Shown here one piece after another: positions 58,987 to 64,000 of a DNA stretch of 64,000 bases (position 1 is its first letter; each line of letters starts with the position of its first letter). Position numbers and translations under genes: made by a program. Source of the stretch: Methylotenera sp. (GTDB lineage Bacteria > Pseudomonadota > Gammaproteobacteria > Burkholderiales > Methylophilaceae). The notes below the pieces were generated by a model. It ran no database searches. It was not told the origin of the DNA and saw only the letters and a list, made by a program, of their open reading frames with translations. The DNA is taken from positions 1,606 through 65,605 of the forward strand of contig JBAYTS010000010.1 in the NCBI GenBank assembly GCA_041675545.1, given 5' to 3'.

Positions 58987-59125
58987 GGTGTGATTTAGTC
59001 GTTTAGGTAAGTTGTAGTTAGTGGGTGGTAGTTGGCAGAGTCTTAGGTCGTTGGTTGCAAGCATCAGCTAACGGTGATGGACTAACAGCTATCCACTATT
59101 TTTAAAAAAAAGAGGAGGCAGTAAA

Positions 59126-60316
59126 ATGTTTGAGATAATGGAAAGAAATTCACAAGAAGCCGTAATAAAGGTTATTGGTGTAGGTGGTTGCGGCGGTAAC
59201 GCAGTTGCACACATGATTGAAAAAAACGTCGGTGGCGTTGAATTTATTTGCGCTAATACCGATATGCAAGCTTTGAAAAAAAGTCAGGCAAAAACAGTAT
59301 TGCAAATGGGCGAGGCTATGACAAGGGGTTTAGGTGCTGGTGCTAAACCTGAAGTAGGCCGCGAAGCCGCATTAGAAGACCGCGATGCGATTGCCGAATT
59401 GATTGATGGTGCAGATATGCTGTTTATCACGGCAGGCATGGGTGGCGGTACTGGTACTGGTGCCGCACCTGTGATTGCGCAAATTGCAAAAGAGATGGGT
59501 ATTTTGACAGTCGCGGTGGTAACAAAACCGTTTTCATTCGAAGGTAAACGCACTAAAGTCGCAGCTGATGGTCTAGAAGAGTTATCAAAGTACGTTGATT
59601 CTTTAATCGTGATTCCTAACGAAAAATTGATGGAAGTATTAGGCGAAGACGTACCGTTTCTGGAAGCGTTTAGAGCGGCTAATGACGTGCTGCACAATGC
59701 AGTTTCAGGCATTGCTGAAATTATCAATTGCGCAGGGATGGTCAACGTTGACTTTGCCGATGTGCGCACAGTAATGAGCGAGATGGGCATGGCGATGATG
59801 GGTTCTGCTATGGCAACAGGCCCAGAGCGCGCTCGTATTGCAGCTGAGCAGGCGGTGGCTAGTCCGTTGCTGGAAGACGTTAACCTAGCGAACGCACGTG
59901 GCGTTTTAGTAAACATTACCACTTCAAGCGCTTTCAAAATGAAAGAGTACTATGATGTAATGAACACCATTAAAGCCTTTACTGCGGAAGACGCAACCGT
60001 GATTGTAGGTAACGTGTTTGATGAATCTATGGGTGACAGTTTACGTGTGACGATGGTCGCCACTGGTTTAACTGGCGCACAACGCCGTCAGCAAAAACCT
60101 GAGCTCCGTGTAATGACACAAGAAGTAGTGCGTAACGGCACAACGGGTCAACCAATGTACGTTGGCGGAGCTGCGGCTGGTAATGGTTTGATGGTCGAAG
60201 ATGACGCGCCGGCAGTTTTTGGCTCAAACAGCCGTCGTGCGCAGGTAGATGCGATGAAAAATTCAGGGATGGAAGAGTATGATATTCCTGCATTTTTGCG
60301 CAAACAAGCGGATTAA
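59126..60316 (+). CDS. ftsZ: Cell division GTPase FtsZ
   Basis: GVGGCGGNA, GMGGGTGTGAAP (tubulin signature), NVDFADV, C-terminal DIPAFLRKQAD; GAGGAGG RBS. Confidence 0.99.
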   Translation: MFEIMERNSQEAVIKVIGVGGCGGNAVAHMIEKNVGGVEFICANTDMQALKKSQAKTVLQMGEAMTRGLGAGAKPEVGREAALEDRDAIAELIDGADMLFITAGMGGGTGTGAAPVIAQIAKEMGILTVAVVTKPFSFEGKRTKVAADGLEELSKYVDSLIVIPNEKLMEVLGEDVPFLEAFRAANDVLHNAVSGIAEIINCAGMVNVDFADVRTVMSEMGMAMMGSAMATGPERARIAAEQAVASPLLEDVNLANARGVLVNITTSSAFKMKEYYDVMNTIKAFTAEDATVIVGNVFDESMGDSLRVTMVATGLTGAQRRQQKPELRVMTQEVVRNGTTGQPMYVGGAAAGNGLMVEDDAPAVFGSNSRRAQVDAMKNSGMEEYDIPAFLRKQAD

Positions 60317-60463
60317 GTAGTTAAGGCTTGCTGTTGGTAAAGCGACACAGCCAGCTTGAGAGTCTTGCAATGAATTATGTTATTATTTGCTTGATTCATA
60401 AGGTAAATATGCAAGTCATTATCAAGTGGCTAGTACGTTTTAGAGCAGAAAAGTAGAGATTAC

Positions 60464-61393
60464 ATGTTAAAGCAACGCACATTAAAACAAGCGATTAGCG
60501 CCACAGGCGTTGGATTGCACAACGGCGAGAAGGTTACTCTTACCCTGCGCCCAGCTGCACCTGACACTGGTATTGTTTTCAAACGGGTTGATCTGCCTCA
60601 ACCTAATGAAATCTTGGCTACGCCAAGCGCAGTGCACGATACACGCATGTGTTCTGCGCTAGAAGCCAATGGCGCCCGCGTTGCGACGGTTGAACATATC
60701 ATGTCAGCATTGGCTGGCTTAGGTATCGATAACGTATATGTGGAAGTTGATGCTTCTGAAATCCCTATCATGGATGGGAGTTCAGGACCTTTTGTTTTTT
60801 TATTGCAGCAAGCGGGTATTGTGGAGCAAGCTGCAGCTAAAAAATTTATACGGGTCAAAAAAATCGTAGAAGTCAAAGAGGCTGATAAATGGGTACGTTT
60901 TGAGCCTTATCATGGCTTTAAAATAGACTTTACTATTGATTTCAATCACCCAGTATTTGATCATTCCGGCAAACGTGTCAAAATTGATTTTGCGGTTGAC
61001 TCTTACATTAAAGAAATTAGTCGTGCACGTACCTTTGGTTTTATGCACGAAGTAGAATATCTGCGCTCTAACGGCTTAGCGCGTGGCGGTAGCTTAGATA
61101 ACGCGATTGTGCTGGACGAATACCGCGTATTAAATACTGACGGTTTACGCTACGACGATGAGTTTGTGAAGCATAAAGTATTGGATGCGATTGGTGATTT
61201 GTATATGCTGGGTCACCCGATACTCGGTGCTTTTTACGCTTATAAATCTGGCCACGCACTCAATAACCAATTGTTGCGTGCATTACTGCAAGATGAAAGC
61301 GCTTGGGAATACACAACCTTTGAAAAAGCAGAAGACGCACCGACTGCATTTTTGTCACAATCCAAGCAATTAAAGCCGGAACCTATTTACTAG
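60464..61393 (+). CDS. lpxC: UDP-3-O-acyl-GlcNAc deacetylase
   Basis: [39 protein letters not shown]. Confidence 0.98.
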   Translation: MLKQRTLKQAISATGVGLHNGEKVTLTLRPAAPDTGIVFKRVDLPQPNEILATPSAVHDTRMCSALEANGARVATVEHIMSALAGLGIDNVYVEVDASEIPIMDGSSGPFVFLLQQAGIVEQAAAKKFIRVKKIVEVKEADKWVRFEPYHGFKIDFTIDFNHPVFDHSGKRVKIDFAVDSYIKEISRARTFGFMHEVEYLRSNGLARGGSLDNAIVLDEYRVLNTDGLRYDDEFVKHKVLDAIGDLYMLGHPILGAFYAYKSGHALNNQLLRALLQDESAWEYTTFEKAEDAPTAFLSQSKQLKPEPIY

Positions 61394-61436
61394 CTAAATC
61401 GCGTGCTAAACGCAATGTTCAAGAAAGGGGCGTGCC

Positions 61437-61619
61437 GTGTTAATGATCCGCCTGATGTTAGTGTTGTTAGGCATTACCGCAATGGTACTGTTTGGCTTAT
61501 ATTTGCTGACAGACGATAGAAAATACCTGCACTATTTCAAACAAACACTCAAATACACGCTATTTTTAGCGGTTGTGGTGGCGGTTCTGTTTGTATTACG
61601 TCGAATACTCTATGTTTAA
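61437..61619 (+). CDS. Small two-TM hypothetical membrane protein
   Basis: 60 aa with two hydrophobic helices flanking TDDRKYL; its stop overlaps the likely slt start. Confidence 0.65.
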   Translation: MLMIRLMLVLLGITAMVLFGLYLLTDDRKYLHYFKQTLKYTLFLAVVVAVLFVLRRILYV

Positions 61620-63645
61620 TGTCATCAAAAAGTTGAGAAAATTCACAGTGTCTTTAAAAAGCCACTATGTATTTTTGATAACCTTTCTTTGCGCGCTGTG
61701 CTTATCTGGCGAGGCGTTCGCAGTGTCTGATCAGGCGTTGTTTAAACAGGCACGTGAATCTTATGCTGCTAAAAATGAATTGGCGCTAGCAGAAGATGTA
61801 AACCAACTTAAAGCACAGCAATATATATTGGCGCCGTATGCTGATTATTGGCTAATGCTACTTAAATTAGAGCAAGCACGTGATGAAGAGGTGCAGAATT
61901 TTTTAGCCCAATATGCGGATATGCCATTTGCTGACCGTTTGCGTGGTGAGTGGCTGAAAAAATTAGCCAAGCAACAGAATTGGGCTGCATTTTTTGATGA
62001 ATATACTTATTTTAAACGTGAAGATACTGCGTTACAGTGTTATGCCTTGTTTGGAAAAATGCAGCTTGCAGAGGTTGATGCGGGCGCTGATGCTAGAAAT
62101 TTATGGCTCACAACGACGGATTTGCCCAGTAGTTGTAATCAATTATTTGATCTCATGCAACAAACGGAGGTGTTAAGTACCGATGATGTTTGGGCAAGGT
62201 TCAGGTTAGCATTACAAGGTGGAAAATTAAGTCTTGCCAAAAGTATTACTAAACGTCTACCTGATTTTGATGAAAAAAATCTTAATCTACTGGATATTGC
62301 AAACTTGACGCCACAAGCTGTGCTAGAAAATAAACTAAGCAGCGTTAAGTCGGGGACTAAAAAAACGAATGCGACGGTGAGTGTTTCATTCAAAACGCGC
62401 ACTGGCATTGAGATCAATCTTTATGCGCTGGATCGCTTGGCACGTAACAATATTGAAAGTGCCATCGCAGTATTTAATCGACTACAAACTAATTTTTCAG
62501 CTGAAAACCGCGCTTTTGGTTGGGGGCGTATTGCTTACCATGCCGCACGTAACCATCACCCTGATGCACTTAACTACTATGAATTAGCCAAAGGCGTAAA
62601 TTTAGATAGCGAGCAATTGGCTTGGCAGGTGCGTGCAGCTTTACGTGCGGAAAACTGGGCTGTGGTGAAAGATGCCGTATCAGCAATGCAACCCAAACAG
62701 GCTGAAGAAGGCGCTTGGCGCTACTGGAAAGCGCGCGCGTTAAAAGCCATGAATGCACAGGCGGAAGCAAATGCTATATTTGGCCCGCTATCTAAAGAGC
62801 GCCATTATTATGGCTGGCTGGCGGCTGAGGAGTTAGAAAGTGTGATGGGAAATCCACCGCTTCAGTACACCGCAACTGAATTAGAAGTAACGGCCATTGC
62901 CAGTCAGCCGGCTATTAAGCGTGCGCTTGAGCTGCAACGCCTTGATCTGCGCTGGGAAGCAAGGGCTGAGTGGGTTTGGGCCACGCGCGGTTTTAATGAT
63001 AAAGAGTTGCTGGCCGCGGCTGAGTATGCAGCACGCCAACAATGGTATGACGTTGCGATTAGTACGGCAGATAATACCAGGCAAGTGCATGACTTTAATT
63101 TACGTTACCCAACCCCTTATCGTGATTTAATGCGCTTTTCGGCCAATCAGCAAAATTTAGATGAAGCCTGGGTGTTCGGTTTAGTGCGTCAAGAAAGCCG
63201 TTTTATGCATTATGCAAAATCAGGCGTGGGTGCGGCAGGTCTCATGCAACTTATGCCAACTACGGCAAAATGGGCCGCTAAACGGATGGGTTTAGATGGC
63301 TATAGCAATGACATGATTCATGATTTACCCACTAACATTGGCATTGGCACTTACTATATGCGCTACACATTAGAGTTAATGAACGGCCAGGCGGTGATGG
63401 CAACCGCCGCTTACAATGCAGGCCCAAGCCGGGCAAGGCGTTGGGTGGCAACTAAACCGTTGGAGGCAGCTATTTATATAGAATCAATTCCATTTAGTGA
63501 AACAAGAGGCTATGTGCAAAAAGTGATGGCTAATGCACAGATGTATGCCCCGCGCTTAGGTACTAGCATACAAAGCTTAAAGTCTCGCATGGGCGTAGTG
63601 CCCGGCAGCAGTCAGCCGGAAACGATATTAGCGGAGAGTGAATAA
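61612..63645 (+). CDS. slt: Soluble lytic murein transglycosylase (Slt70-like); ATG 61612 preferred
   Basis: Signal peptide, superhelical domain, catalytic RQES, GLMQLMP.TA, AAYNAGP, IPFSETRGYVQKV. Confidence 0.93.
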   Translation: MFNVIKKLRKFTVSLKSHYVFLITFLCALCLSGEAFAVSDQALFKQARESYAAKNELALAEDVNQLKAQQYILAPYADYWLMLLKLEQARDEEVQNFLAQYADMPFADRLRGEWLKKLAKQQNWAAFFDEYTYFKREDTALQCYALFGKMQLAEVDAGADARNLWLTTTDLPSSCNQLFDLMQQTEVLSTDDVWARFRLALQGGKLSLAKSITKRLPDFDEKNLNLLDIANLTPQAVLENKLSSVKSGTKKTNATVSVSFKTRTGIEINLYALDRLARNNIESAIAVFNRLQTNFSAENRAFGWGRIAYHAARNHHPDALNYYELAKGVNLDSEQLAWQVRAALRAENWAVVKDAVSAMQPKQAEEGAWRYWKARALKAMNAQAEANAIFGPLSKERHYYGWLAAEELESVMGNPPLQYTATELEVTAIASQPAIKRALELQRLDLRWEARAEWVWATRGFNDKELLAAAEYAARQQWYDVAISTADNTRQVHDFNLRYPTPYRDLMRFSANQQNLDEAWVFGLVRQESRFMHYAKSGVGAAGLMQLMPTTAKWAAKRMGLDGYSNDMIHDLPTNIGIGTYYMRYTLELMNGQAVMATAAYNAGPSRARRWVATKPLEAAIYIESIPFSETRGYVQKVMANAQMYAPRLGTSIQSLKSRMGVVPGSSQPETILAESE

Positions 63646-63759
63646 TTTTCTGTAAAAATTAAAACAGTCCACAAAAACCACAAAAATCACGAAATAAAAC
63701 AATACTGTGATGTGAGTTTGGACGCATCTGTCAGGTTGATTTCACGGCATGGTGTTTGT

Positions 63760-63874
63760 CAGAATCAGCTGATAAGCACCACTAAAGCCAGCATAGCTGG
63801 CAAGTGTTGCTAACCAGAACAAACTGATAAGCACCACTAAAGCCAGCATAGCTGGCAAGTGTTGCTAATTCTGG
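63760..63874. repeat. Tandem duplication (55-nt period) of a hairpin-forming unit
   Basis: The 45-mer CTGATAAGCACCACTAAAGCCAGCATAGCTGGCAAGTGTTGCTAA occurs identically at 63769-63813 and 63824-63868; internal GCCAGC-ATA-GCTGGC stem. Confidence 0.9.
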
Positions 63875-63917
63875 ATAAGGGTAATTTTTAGGGTTATATA
63901 AAAAACAAAGGTTAAAC

Positions 63918-64000
63918 ATGCAAATAAAAAAAGTAGCGATATTAGGTGGTTCAGGTTTTGTAGGTAGTGCGGTAGTGGCTAAGCTGGCGGCAGCAGGTTA
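63918..64000 (+). CDS. NAD(P)-binding SDR/epimerase, complex I NDUFA9-like (N-terminal fragment, runs off the right edge)
   Basis: ATG 63918 gives MQIKKVAILGGSGFVGSAVVAKLAAAG (GGSGFVG Rossmann motif); AAGG RBS. Confidence 0.75.
   Translation, partial: MQIKKVAILGGSGFVGSAVVAKLAAAG

Noticed and set aside
368-63130. The many 60-220 aa ORFs antisense to or nested in identified genes (e.g. 368-823, 59284-59937, 58122-58529)
   Set aside because: They are shadow ORFs of well-supported genes, with no independent motifs or RBS evidence.
63760-63874. CRISPR array or type III toxin-antitoxin array
   Set aside because: There are only two repeats with a 10-nt spacer, no cas genes, and the downstream gene is an SDR rather than a ToxN/CptN/TenpN-like RNase.

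Overview
This 64-kb window is mostly core chromosome of a methylotrophic betaproteobacterium. The gene content suggests Methylophilaceae, Methylotenera-like; this is an inference. From left to right: the 3' end of rpoD and tRNA-Ile2(CAU); a run of small poorly characterised genes; a CugP-like nucleotidyltransferase; a TPR/2OG-oxygenase; a YihY-cNMP fusion; pip; a lanthanide-type methanol dehydrogenase cluster (xoxF, xoxJ and two tandem xoxG cytochromes, the second a predicted lipoprotein); ndh, lplT, PIN-PhoH, bcp, an orphan histidine kinase and tonB; Moco genes (moeA, mobA, moaA) divergent from the NAD-linked formate dehydrogenase operon fdsGBA-fdhD-fdsD; an ArnT-like glycosyltransferase, rpmE2, rho, trxA, a PilZ-like protein, TlpA, DUF3579, BON/yraN/lpoA-like and rsmI-pyrC; an apparently inserted DUF2971 gene followed by a highly structured palindromic element and a CGTC-type REP hairpin; a compact RNase P RNA; the complete dcw cluster (mraZ to lpxC); slt; a 55-nt tandem hairpin repeat; and the start of an NDUFA9-like SDR. 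I found no CRISPR array, integrase, transposase or prophage. The best leads are the lipid-anchored second XoxG, the DUF2971 gene with its structured element, the YihY-cNMP fusion lacking the cAMP-binding Arg, the tonB-linked orphan kinase with an H-N H-box, possible switch-like structure in the xoxF leader, and the tandem hairpin at about 63.8 kb. All family calls come from motif recognition by eye; no database searches or folding programs were run.
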